Part shown: positions 48,154 through 56,903 of the stretch, in pieces
Layout of the letters: every line of letters starts with the position of its first letter
Numbering within the stretch: the stretch's first letter is position 1
From: Candidatus Omnitrophota bacterium
GTDB taxonomy: Bacteria; Omnitrophota; Gorgyraeia; JABMRN01; RBG-13-46-9
Reading direction: 5' to 3'
Assembly (NCBI GenBank): GCA_013203315.1
Contig: JABMQJ010000020.1
Location: forward strand, 32,001-96,000
DNA length: 64,000 nt
Position numbers and translations under genes: made by a program
The notes under the pieces: generated by a model
Seen by the model: the letters and a program-made list of their open reading frames with translations, nothing else
What the model was told of the DNA's origin: nothing
Database searches by the model: none

Positions 48154-48815
48154 TTTGTAACGCCTGCGATTTCTTGTTCAATCTGTACCTTTTTTTGATT
48201 TTAAGAGTGTACCCTATTTTTTTAAAAAATATGCAGCAAAATAGCCATTTTTGTTGTCTATATATATGAGGGGTGAAAATTATGCCGGTAACATCCAGAA
48301 TATTGATTGAATACGCTTGTTATCATATTATCACAAGGGGCAATCAAAAACAACGGATTTTCAGCGAAAATAATGACCATGCTAGATATCTAGGAATCCT
48401 TAAGAGAGCAAAGAAGAAATACAAGATATCTTTGTATTCATACTGCCTTATGCCCAATCATGTGCACTTGCTAATTGAGGCAGAAGAGGTAGAGAAGATA
48501 TCCAAGTTTATGCAATGGGTTAATAGGGGTTATACAGCGTGTTTTAACTCAAAATATGACAAAGTCGGGCATCTTTGGCAGGGTAGGTTTAAAAGCAAGC
48601 CTATATTAAAAGGTGAGTATCTTGTGCATTGCTCTACATACATAGAGGAAAATCCTGTTAGAGCAAATATGGTAGATGACCCTGTAAAGTATAAATGGAG
48701 TAGCTACAGAGAGAGATGCCTAATAGCAGGTAAATCTATGCTAGATGAGATAAGGGTACAGCTTTAAGTTCGGATTTGGGTACACTTTGCTATTCAAAAT
48801 CGCAAACGTTACAAA
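48154..48815 (+). mobile_element. RAYT/IS200-like element bounded by composite inverted repeats
   Basis: 19-bp IR (48154-48172 vs 48797-48815, 17/19) plus paired TGTACC boxes 18 nt apart on each side of an HUH transposase. Confidence 0.7.
48282..48767 (+). CDS. REP-associated tyrosine transposase (Y1 HUH, RAYT/TnpA-REP-like)
   Basis: YHIITRGN...IF...YCLMPNHVHLL...GHLWQGRFKS...YIEENPVRA...YKWSSY. Confidence 0.9.
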   Translation: MPVTSRILIEYACYHIITRGNQKQRIFSENNDHARYLGILKRAKKKYKISLYSYCLMPNHVHLLIEAEEVEKISKFMQWVNRGYTACFNSKYDKVGHLWQGRFKSKPILKGEYLVHCSTYIEENPVRANMVDDPVKYKWSSYRERCLIAGKSMLDEIRVQL

Positions 48816-48854
48816 GCTTCCATAAATTGCGTTGTTCTCTATAGTTAGTGAGAT

Positions 48855-49748
48855 TTATATTTTTATTATTCTTTTTACTTCTCTCTTTATCTTAGAATAA
48901 ATCTTTCTTTTTAATCCGATTAATTTCTCCATCTTAGATTTTTTATATATTTCTTTGCACTGTATAACTACATATCTCTTTTCATCGTCAATCCTTAAGT
49001 CGATCTCAGGGCTGCTGAGGCTGCTCCAATTTCCTGCTAATGGGATAGGCGCGCATATTTTTGTTGCGTTAGATAAAAATGAAGCCCACCAGTAATAAGT
49101 GCTATTAGAAATAATAATTGTTTTAAACGATGAGATGAATTTAAATTTATCTAGCGTGTCAGCAAAATGAACCGTAGCATTGTATCTTTTTTTAAATAAG
49201 TAAATAAAAGGACCGTGCGGCGAGTCGGTACAAATAAATATTCTCCTATGGTGAACGTCTGTTAACGCTTCTTCATAATAGGAAAAAGGGAGTGCGCTTC
49301 CTCCTTTAACATAATCACCCCTACGGATACAAACAACAACGTCATCCGAATCTATTCGGTCTTTAGTATTCATATCCATCAAAAGCCAATTCTTTCTTAT
49401 CACATCTTTATAGGACTTATAATACTCGTATCGTTGGAAGTATCCCTCCAGAACAATTTTTCTTTTTGATTTGTTATCGATAATGGATTTTAAGTTAAGA
49501 TTTTTATTTTTCCAGCTCAAAACTTTGGAATAGTCTCCGCGGTAATAATGAGGGGGGCAGTCGTGCGCTATTACTTGAATGGGGTAACCCTGGGAATAAT
49601 CTTCTCCGTTTATCTGCTTTTCTGTGTTGGGGAAACCCGGTATAGGGTCGGCTTTTAATTTATAACCCAGCCCTTCCGCTATGATCCTTCCGAAACAGTA
49701 CTGGAAGAGATTATTACCTAACCTGCCCATATATTTCACTTCAACCAT
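48855..49748 (-). CDS. Alpha-1,2-fucosyltransferase-like glycosyltransferase (GT11)
   Basis: GRLGNNLFQY, EGYFQ, IRRGDY, SNSTYYWWASFL. ATG 49748 has a GAGGTG RBS. Confidence 0.85.
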   Translation of the reverse strand: MVEVKYMGRLGNNLFQYCFGRIIAEGLGYKLKADPIPGFPNTEKQINGEDYSQGYPIQVIAHDCPPHYYRGDYSKVLSWKNKNLNLKSIIDNKSKRKIVLEGYFQRYEYYKSYKDVIRKNWLLMDMNTKDRIDSDDVVVCIRRGDYVKGGSALPFSYYEEALTDVHHRRIFICTDSPHGPFIYLFKKRYNATVHFADTLDKFKFISSFKTIIISNSTYYWWASFLSNATKICAPIPLAGNWSSLSSPEIDLRIDDEKRYVVIQCKEIYKKSKMEKLIGLKRKIYSKIKREVKRIIKI

Positions 49749-49788
49749 GCGATTCACCTCGTCCAATAGTGAAAAAGATGATATTAAC

Positions 49789-49835
49789 TGGTAGCCCCAA
49801 CGGGATTCGAACCCGTGTCTTCAGAATGAGAATCT
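49789..49835 (-). repeat. 47-bp exact duplicate of the tRNA-Glu 3' portion (att-like site)
   Basis: Identical to 51090-51136 (anticodon arm to CCA). Confidence 0.95.
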
Positions 49836-51080
49836 ATGTAGTGTTTTTCTATTGAGTGCCGCCTTCCAGAACAACGGAGTTCCGTCATAATCATATGAAA
49901 TTCCGCAGGCGAAGAACACTAATGTCATTATACAGACAAAGACAGAAAAATAAATAATTCTTTTATTTGTTACCCTTTTGAATAATAGATTAAAGATAGA
50001 CCCGGCCATAATCGCTATTCCTAGGGACGGAAAATAATACGAGCGGGAATTACTTGCAAACCCCACATCAAGCATGTATACAGCAAATCCTGAAATCATC
50101 CACAAATATCCCCACAGAAAATCGATGGCCGCATGTCTGGTTGTATATGTTTCGCCGGCATGCCGGGATGCAACATGAAAACAGGATAAGTAAAATATTA
50201 TTCCACTGGCTATAAAAATTAAAAAAACTGACAAGCTGCTTGTCAAAGCTGCGAAGCCTTCCGATATCCACTCCAATGAAAACATCGATAATAGCGCCCT
50301 GCAACCATGATACTGCACGGATAGAAAGACATGAAAGATTTTAAGCAAAGAGAGATGGGGGTTATTGGCATGCGGAAAAGTCATATAACAAACGGCATAA
50401 ATCGCCGGCCCGATTGACAACAGTAAACCCGTCTTCATCGTCCTTTCTATGACACTGCGCCATTTAACGGATTCTTTCAAAGATAAAATCATTTCAAATA
50501 CCGTTATTAAAATAATGCTTGATATAAATGAAGGGTGGCTTAAGCATACAAAAAATAGCAGAAAATTCAATGCTAAAATTGAAAAAAATCTGCTCCTAAA
50601 ACATGTTTGCCGCCTAAAGTTAAGAAAAAGAAGACTTATAAGAAGAAAAAGCAGAAGATGTAACGGCTGTGAGAGCCCCACAATATAGATCGACTCATAG
50701 GTTATTGGCATAACCAAGAATACTGAAGCAATTAATATGGAAATACTATAAGGTATTTTTATCCTGTATAATAATATCCAGAAAAAGTAGGCAGCCATGA
50801 AATGGAAAAACGCTATTATAAACTTGTGGAGAGGCGTTCCCAGTCTGTAAGCAAACCAGAGATAAACAGGGTCTAATGGGCGTGCAAAATATCCGATTCC
50901 AGTATGAAGCGACCTATCGAAAACAGTTTTTTTAAAAGCATCGGAAAAAGAATCGTTATCTAACATTTTATATGAATAGGGGATATCGTCAGCAAAATAA
51001 GGGGTTTTGTAACTCCACATTCCCCAGGCACAAAACCATATAGCAAGCATTCCTATGAAAACTATAAAGCATTTCTTCAT
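49821..51080 (-). CDS. Polytopic membrane protein, GT-C / serotype-conversion (Gtr-like) glycosyltransferase candidate
   Basis: TM1 followed by FADD, then ARPL, about 11 TM segments and RSYYFP. The stop codon lies inside the tRNA duplicate. Confidence 0.55.
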   Translation of the reverse strand: MKKCFIVFIGMLAIWFCAWGMWSYKTPYFADDIPYSYKMLDNDSFSDAFKKTVFDRSLHTGIGYFARPLDPVYLWFAYRLGTPLHKFIIAFFHFMAAYFFWILLYRIKIPYSISILIASVFLVMPITYESIYIVGLSQPLHLLLFLLISLLFLNFRRQTCFRSRFFSILALNFLLFFVCLSHPSFISSIILITVFEMILSLKESVKWRSVIERTMKTGLLLSIGPAIYAVCYMTFPHANNPHLSLLKIFHVFLSVQYHGCRALLSMFSLEWISEGFAALTSSLSVFLIFIASGIIFYLSCFHVASRHAGETYTTRHAAIDFLWGYLWMISGFAVYMLDVGFASNSRSYYFPSLGIAIMAGSIFNLLFKRVTNKRIIYFSVFVCIMTLVFFACGISYDYDGTPLFWKAALNRKTLHRFSF

Positions 51081-51089
51081 TTATTTAAG

Positions 51090-51167
51090 TGGTAGCCCCA
51101 ACGGGATTCGAACCCGTGTCTTCAGAATGAGAATCTGATGTCCTAGACCGGACTAGACGATGGGGCC
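51090..51167 (-). tRNA. tRNA-Glu (anticodon CTC)
   Basis: GGCCCCA...TCAGA-TTCTCAT-TCTGA...GGTTCGAATCC...TGGGGCTACCA folds as a cloverleaf with encoded CCA. Confidence 0.95.
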
Positions 51168-51178
51168 ATGATTAAAAA

Positions 51179-51265
51179 TGGTGCGAGGAGGGGGATTCGA
51201 ACCCCCAAGAGCTTGCGCCCACCAGCCCCTCAAGCTGGCGTGTCTGCCAGTTTCACCATCCTCGC
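51179..51265 (-). tRNA. tRNA-Leu (anticodon GAG)
   Basis: GCGAGGA...CCAGC-TTGAGGG-GCTGG, long variable arm, GGTTCGAATCC, CCA. Confidence 0.95.
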
Positions 51266-51293
51266 ATGTAGCTTGTTATTCTATCCTATTATT

Positions 51294-52964
51294 TTATTTT
51301 TTCAATAGAATTTTCTTCCACGTATCGCGCAAAGATACTATTCTATTAAATATTAGATTTTTATCGGAAGAGTCGACGCTGTCGACGCAAAAATAACCTT
51401 GTCGTTCGAATTGATAACGGCTGCCGGGTTTTGCATTTTTAAGACCAGGCTCCAATTGACACGATTGCAATACAATTAAAGAGTTTGGGTTTAAATTTGA
51501 TATAAAATCTTTTCCTTCTTCTGCTTCCTCCGGATCCCGCTTTGTAAAAAGCGTATCGTATAAGCGTACTTCAGCACTTACGGCATCTTGCGCTGAAACC
51601 CAATGAAGCGTTGCTTTGACTTTACGGCCATCGGGGGAATTGCCGCCCTTTGTAGCGGGGTCATACGTACAATGCAACTCGGTTACCTTGCCTGTTTTTT
51701 TATCCTTGATTACTTTTTCGCACTTAATGAAATACGCGTATCGCAGGCGTACTTCCTTGCCCGGAGATAAGCGGTAGAACTTCTTCGGCGGATCTTCCCG
51801 GAAGTCATCTTCTTCAATATAAAGTTCTTTCGAAAAAGGAACTTTTCTCGTCGAGGCGGACGGGTCTTCCGGATTGTTTATAGCGTCCAGTTCTTCTTTT
51901 TTGTTTTCCGGATAATTTGTAATTACTACTTTTAGCGGTTTTAAAACTGCCATAACGCGCTGAGATTTTTTATTTAGTTCCTCACGTATACTATTCTCGA
52001 GCACGACAAGATCTATAATGCTGTCAACTTTTGCGACACCTATGTGATCGCAGAAATTTCTTATGGATTCCGGGGTGTATCCGCGTCTTCGTAAGCCACC
52101 GAGCGTCGGCATTCGCGGGTCATCCCAGCCGCTCACGTATTTTTTCTTTATGAGATCCAGGAGTTTTCGTTTGCTCAAAATCGTATGGCTGATATTAAGC
52201 CTCGCGAACTCTATTTGCTGGGGATGATGCGCTCCGAGTTCATTAAGAATCCGGTCATACAGCGGCCTGTGCACGTCAAACTCTAAGGTACAAAGTGAAT
52301 GCGTTATTCCTTCGATGGAGTCGGATAAACAATGCGTAAAATCATAAGTAGGATAAATGCACCATTTGTCGCCTGTTCTATAATGTGATTTTTTTCTAAT
52401 ACGATAAAGAATCGGGTCGCGCATAAGCATGTTTGGAGACGCCATGTCGATTTTTGCGCGCAGTACCCGAGAACCGTTTTCAAATTCTCCTTTTTTCATG
52501 CGGCTAAATAAATCTAGATTTTCGTCGACCGTACGGTTCCGGTAGGGGCTATTTTTCCCGGGTTCTTTTACCGTACCGCGATATTTCCTGATTTCTTCAA
52601 GGTTTAGATCGCAAACATAGGCTTTTTCTTTGTTAATTAATTCGACTGCATAGCCGTAGAGTTTTTCGAAATAGTCGGATGCGAAGTACAGGCGATTTCC
52701 CCAATCAAATCCAAGCCATTTTACGTCTTCTTGAATTGACTTTACATATTCTATATTCTCTGTTTCGGGGTTTGTGTCGTCGAAACGTAGGTTGCAAAGA
52801 CCCTTATAGTCTTTTGCAATACCAAAACTAATGCAGATTGCCTTGGCGTGTCCTATGTGAAGATACCCGTTCGGTTCAGGCGGAAACCGGGTGTGAATCC
52901 GGCTTTCGTTTTTGTTAGCCTCTAAGTCTTTATCGATGATTTCACGAATGAAATTTGTGGTCAT
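51294..52964 (-). CDS. glnS: Glutamine--tRNA ligase
   Basis: [36 protein letters not shown]. Confidence 0.96.
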   Translation of the reverse strand: MTTNFIREIIDKDLEANKNESRIHTRFPPEPNGYLHIGHAKAICISFGIAKDYKGLCNLRFDDTNPETENIEYVKSIQEDVKWLGFDWGNRLYFASDYFEKLYGYAVELINKEKAYVCDLNLEEIRKYRGTVKEPGKNSPYRNRTVDENLDLFSRMKKGEFENGSRVLRAKIDMASPNMLMRDPILYRIRKKSHYRTGDKWCIYPTYDFTHCLSDSIEGITHSLCTLEFDVHRPLYDRILNELGAHHPQQIEFARLNISHTILSKRKLLDLIKKKYVSGWDDPRMPTLGGLRRRGYTPESIRNFCDHIGVAKVDSIIDLVVLENSIREELNKKSQRVMAVLKPLKVVITNYPENKKEELDAINNPEDPSASTRKVPFSKELYIEEDDFREDPPKKFYRLSPGKEVRLRYAYFIKCEKVIKDKKTGKVTELHCTYDPATKGGNSPDGRKVKATLHWVSAQDAVSAEVRLYDTLFTKRDPEEAEEGKDFISNLNPNSLIVLQSCQLEPGLKNAKPGSRYQFERQGYFCVDSVDSSDKNLIFNRIVSLRDTWKKILLKK

Positions 52965-52969
52965 ATGTT

Positions 52970-53043
52970 TGGTTGCCCAGCTAGGATTCGAACCTAGGCA
53001 AACTGCTCCAGAGGCAGTTGTGCTACCGTTACACCACCGGGCA
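52970..53043 (-). tRNA. tRNA-Gln (anticodon CTG)
   Basis: TGCCCGG...ACTGC-CTCTGGA-GCAGT...GGTTCGAATCC...CTGGGCAACCA; U1-A72 pair. Confidence 0.95.
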
Positions 53044-53046
53044 CTA

Positions 53047-54336
53047 TTATTTCAAAACTTTTGTCAGTCTTTCAGTTACCTTACTCTTACCAAGAAGTTC
53101 CATCATTTCGAATAGTCCGGCGCCGCGAGTCATTCCGCTTATCGCGACCCTTGTCGGATGAATGACAGCGGCCGGTTTCAGGCCGTATTTCTCAGCGGTG
53201 CTTCTACAGAGTTTCTCAATTTCTTCTTTGTTATAATTTTGCAGTTTTTGAAGTTCGTCTTTAAATTCTGAAAGCGCTTTTTTTGTTTCGGTGTCTTTTA
53301 AGTGTTTATCGAGCTTCTTTTGCGCTTTTTCGTCCATAGGAAAATCATCCGTAAAGAAACATTTTGTAAGTTCTTCGAATTCATCGAATGTGCGGAATCT
53401 TGTTTTATAAAGTTCCACTATCTTTTCAAGCTGTGCTGCACTGATGTCACTTTTTATTTTTCCCGCGTTTTTTAATAGGGCCAGTAAATCCTTTGTGCTC
53501 TTATTTCTAATGTATTCGCCGTTAATCCATTTCAGTTTATCTACGTCAAATTTCGCTTGGACATTGCCGAGATCCTCTACTGTAAATAGTTTAGCGGCTT
53601 CCACGGAAGTTATAATTTCTTTGCCCTCGCCGGGGGACCAGCCAAGCAGCAAAAGATAGTTTGCCATGGCCTCGGGTAAAAAACCTTCATTCCTATATTC
53701 GGAAACTGCCACGGCGCCGTGCCGCTTGGAAAGCTTGGATCCGTCTTTACCCATCATAAGGGGCATGTGCGCGAACTTTGGTAGTTCGAGATTTAAGGCC
53801 TTATAAAACAATACCTGTTTAGGGGTGTTTGATACGTGGTCATCGCCCCTTATTATATGCGTTATGCCCATTTCGTGGTCGTCTATAACACACGCGAAAT
53901 TGTATGCCGCGAGTCCGTTTGATTTTATTAAAACCTGGTCTTTTATTTCGTCGGTATTAAAAATTATTTCTCCGTGCACTATGTCGTCTATTTTAATCTC
54001 GTGTGATTTTTCGACTTTAAATATAATCGCCTCGCCTTCTTTGTAGGCAAGACCCTTATCGAGAAGTTTTAAGGCGTACTCTTTATAGGTAGAGACGCGC
54101 TGGGATTGATAAATCGGTCCTTCGTCCCAATTTATACCGAGCCATTTAAGGTCATCTAATATTTCGTCTAAAAATTCTTTTTTTGAGCGCTCTTTATCAG
54201 TATCCTCTATACGGAGTATGAGCTTTCCGCCGGTATGCCTGGCATAAAGCCAGTTAAATAGGGCAGTTCTCGCGCTTCCTAAGTGTAGAAAACCTGTAGG
54301 GCTTGGGGCGAATCGAACGCGAACTTGGTTTTTCAT
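53047..54336 (-). CDS. gltX: Glutamate--tRNA ligase
   Basis: [27 protein letters not shown]; anticodon-binding domain present. Confidence 0.95.
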   Translation of the reverse strand: MKNQVRVRFAPSPTGFLHLGSARTALFNWLYARHTGGKLILRIEDTDKERSKKEFLDEILDDLKWLGINWDEGPIYQSQRVSTYKEYALKLLDKGLAYKEGEAIIFKVEKSHEIKIDDIVHGEIIFNTDEIKDQVLIKSNGLAAYNFACVIDDHEMGITHIIRGDDHVSNTPKQVLFYKALNLELPKFAHMPLMMGKDGSKLSKRHGAVAVSEYRNEGFLPEAMANYLLLLGWSPGEGKEIITSVEAAKLFTVEDLGNVQAKFDVDKLKWINGEYIRNKSTKDLLALLKNAGKIKSDISAAQLEKIVELYKTRFRTFDEFEELTKCFFTDDFPMDEKAQKKLDKHLKDTETKKALSEFKDELQKLQNYNKEEIEKLCRSTAEKYGLKPAAVIHPTRVAISGMTRGAGLFEMMELLGKSKVTERLTKVLK

Positions 54337-54875
54337 ACAGAATCGTAGCCTAATTTTATCGCTTTTTTATTAATGGCAATCAGGTCTTTTTTTGACGGCA
54401 GCATTTTTGGTAATTCATCCAACACGTTTTTTAAAGGAAATAGTTTTTTTAATTTAATAAAAGCACCTACGGCAATCATATTCGCGACTTTAACGTTGCC
54501 TAGTTCGGAGGCAAGCTCCGTAAGCGGAATAGCTACGATTCTTACCGACCTTTTCTCTATAATCTGGTCTACCATGGAAGTGTTAACTATCAAAAGCCCG
54601 CCTTTTTCTATTCTTTCCATGAATTTAATCAGTGACGGCTTGTTCATAACAATGCAGGTGGTGGGTTTTAAAATCGTGGGGGCAGCAATTTTCCCGCAGC
54701 TTATGTGTACCATTGAATGAGCCGTTCCGCCTCTTACCTCGGCGCCATACGAAGGGAGCCACGTCACGGTATAGCCTTCCCTCATGCCGGCTTCCGCAAG
54801 GAGCTTGCCCATAAGCATTATTCCCTGCCCACCAAAACCGGCGCATATTATTTTTTCATGCATTTTTTTATTCAT
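54333..54875 (-). CDS. 2-oxoacid:ferredoxin oxidoreductase gamma subunit
   Basis: AGFGGQG, PSYGAEVRGG, ANMIAVGA. Confidence 0.92.
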   Translation of the reverse strand: MNKKMHEKIICAGFGGQGIMLMGKLLAEAGMREGYTVTWLPSYGAEVRGGTAHSMVHISCGKIAAPTILKPTTCIVMNKPSLIKFMERIEKGGLLIVNTSMVDQIIEKRSVRIVAIPLTELASELGNVKVANMIAVGAFIKLKKLFPLKNVLDELPKMLPSKKDLIAINKKAIKLGYDSV

Positions 54876-54904
54876 ATAACTCGCCTGATACCGCTATTTG
54901 CGCA

Positions 54905-55639
54905 TTACCCCTTAAGAACGCCTAAAGGGTATACTTTCTGTATGTCTTTCTCTATCCTCTTGCACGAATCTTCAGGTGACATTCCCCAGTATGTAGGGCA
55001 CATCGAAAGAACCTCAACCATGGAAAAGCCTTCGTTTTTAATTTGAATTTCGAACGCTTTTTTTATGGCTCTTTTTGTTCTTAAAATTTCTTTAGGGCTG
55101 GAGACCGCTGTTCGCTCGATATATTTCGCGCCTTCTAATATAGCAATCATTTCGGAAATTTTTAAAGGGAAGCCGTCTCTTTTCAGGTCTCTTCCTTTTT
55201 TTGTTGTAGTTGTCCTTTGCCCGACTATTGTCGTGGGCGCCATTTGGCCGCCCGTCATGCCGTAGACCCCGTTATTTACGAAAATTACCGTAATGTTTTC
55301 TCCTCTGTTTGCTGCATGAATGGTCTCTGCGGTTCCTATCGCGGCTAAGTCTCCGTCGCCCTGGTAGGTAAAAACGACCTTTTCGGGGTAAACTCTTTTT
55401 ATACCCGTTGCGACAGCCGGCGTTCTCCCGTGCGCAGCTTCTGTGGTATCAAAATTCCAGTAGTCATATGCGATAACAGCGCATCCTACCGGCGCAACGG
55501 CGATTACTTTCTCTCTTATGCCGAGTTCGTCTATTACTTCGCACACTAACCTATGAATAATGCCGTGGCCGCATCCCGCGCAATAGTGCGTTAAGGCGTC
55601 TTTCATTGAATTTGGTTTTTTAAAAATTATTTTTTCCAT
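54905..55639 (-). CDS. 2-oxoacid:ferredoxin oxidoreductase beta subunit (TPP-binding)
   Basis: YCAGCGHG, HGR, QGDGD...NN, GMTGGQMAPTT. Confidence 0.93.
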   Translation of the reverse strand: MEKIIFKKPNSMKDALTHYCAGCGHGIIHRLVCEVIDELGIREKVIAVAPVGCAVIAYDYWNFDTTEAAHGRTPAVATGIKRVYPEKVVFTYQGDGDLAAIGTAETIHAANRGENITVIFVNNGVYGMTGGQMAPTTIVGQRTTTTKKGRDLKRDGFPLKISEMIAILEGAKYIERTAVSSPKEILRTKRAIKKAFEIQIKNEGFSMVEVLSMCPTYWGMSPEDSCKRIEKDIQKVYPLGVLKG

Positions 55640-55641
55640 TT

Positions 55642-56700
55642 TTATTTAAGGCTTAAAGCTTTCTCCATAATTTCTTCTTCGCTCGGAATGCCGCCGCCTG
55701 TCCTGCCGTAAAAAGATACTTTTTTATCGTTTTGCACGGCCAGCCGAACGTCTTCTACCATCTGGCCGGTGCTCATTTCAACGACCAAAAATTTTGTGCT
55801 GCCGGTACCGAGCTTTCTTAACGCTTTATACGGAAAAGGCCAAAGGCTTATGGGCCGGAATAATCCTGCTTTTATTTTCTTCTCTCTTAATCGATCCACA
55901 CAGGCCTTGGCAATGCGACCTGATGTACCGTAAGCGGCGATTATTATTTTGGCATCCTCTGTTTTATATTGTTCCAATCGTGTTTCGTTCTTTTTTATTA
56001 ATTCATATTTCTTTTGCAATCTCCTGTTAAGATCTTCTAATTCTCCGTCTTTCAAAAGTAAGGATCTTATCTTATTGGGCTTTCTTCCCTTACAACCTGT
56101 CAATGCCCAGGGTTTAGATTTTTGTTTTTTAGCTCTGGATTTTTGGTTTATTTCCACAGCTTCCATCATCTGCCCGAGTATTCCGTCGCCCAATATAATG
56201 ACGGGGCTTCTGTACTTATCCGCTATATCAAAAGCTGTCCGGGTAAGATCCATCATTTCCTGGCATGAGGCGGGCGCCAAAACCGTGCAATGATAATCCC
56301 CGTGGCCTCCGCCCTTTGTGGCTTGAAAATAATCCGCTTGGCTTGGGGCAATGTTGCCGAGGCCGGGGCCCCCTCTCATAATATTGACAATAACAGCTGG
56401 GAGTTCGCATCCTGCAAGGTAGGAAATGCCTTCCTGTTTCAGGCTTATCCCGGGGCTTGAAGACGTGGTAATTGCTCTTGCGCCCGCTACCGATGCGCCA
56501 AAGACCATGTTTATGGCCGCAAGCTCACTTTCGGCCTGTATGAAAACACCTCCCGTTTCATCCATGCGCTTAGACATATAAGCGGTCAATTCATTCTGCG
56601 GCGTAATCGGATACCCGGCATAAAATCGGCACCCGGCCTGGATGGCCCCTTCGCCGCAGGCTTCGTTACCGGTTATTAATATACGATTTTTTGTTTTCAT
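55642..56700 (-). CDS. 2-oxoacid:ferredoxin oxidoreductase alpha subunit (VorB-like)
   Basis: GNEA, GYPITPQ, QAESE, SSSPG, RGGPGLG. Start at ATG 56700 overlaps the delta-subunit stop. Confidence 0.93.
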   Translation of the reverse strand: MKTKNRILITGNEACGEGAIQAGCRFYAGYPITPQNELTAYMSKRMDETGGVFIQAESELAAINMVFGASVAGARAITTSSSPGISLKQEGISYLAGCELPAVIVNIMRGGPGLGNIAPSQADYFQATKGGGHGDYHCTVLAPASCQEMMDLTRTAFDIADKYRSPVIILGDGILGQMMEAVEINQKSRAKKQKSKPWALTGCKGRKPNKIRSLLLKDGELEDLNRRLQKKYELIKKNETRLEQYKTEDAKIIIAAYGTSGRIAKACVDRLREKKIKAGLFRPISLWPFPYKALRKLGTGSTKFLVVEMSTGQMVEDVRLAVQNDKKVSFYGRTGGGIPSEEEIMEKALSLK

Positions 56701-56903
56701 CTCCATACCTCGATGCATACGTCGGGACAAATTATTGCGCACATGGCGCAGCCCGTGCATTTTTTGTTCTTTTCTTTAAATTCCACGCAATGAATGCCGC
56801 GTTTGTTCAGTTTTTTAGAGCGGACGATAAGTCCATTCGAACAAACTGACAAGCAAAGCATGCATCCTTTACATTTTTCTTTATCTATTTTTATTTTTGC
56901 CAT
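56697..56903 (-). CDS. 4Fe-4S dicluster ferredoxin (oxidoreductase delta subunit)
   Basis: CKGCMLCLSVC and CTGCAMCAIICP. Confidence 0.92.
   Translation of the reverse strand: MAKIKIDKEKCKGCMLCLSVCSNGLIVRSKKLNKRGIHCVEFKEKNKKCTGCAMCAIICPDVCIEVWR

Noticed and set aside
49789-49835. Second tRNA-Glu gene
   Set aside because: The D-arm and the 5' acceptor strand are missing; it is only a 3' fragment.
46258-51089. Prophage or large integrative element at tRNA-Glu
   Set aside because: No integrase, phage structural, replication or conjugation genes are visible.
51178-51396. 72-aa plus-strand ORF (MVRGGGFEPPRA...)
   Set aside because: It is the antisense reading of tRNA-Leu and the glnS 3' end, a typical tRNA shadow ORF.
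52912-53115. 67-aa plus-strand ORF (…[19 protein letters not shown])
   Set aside because: It is antisense to tRNA-Gln and the flanking synthetase genes.
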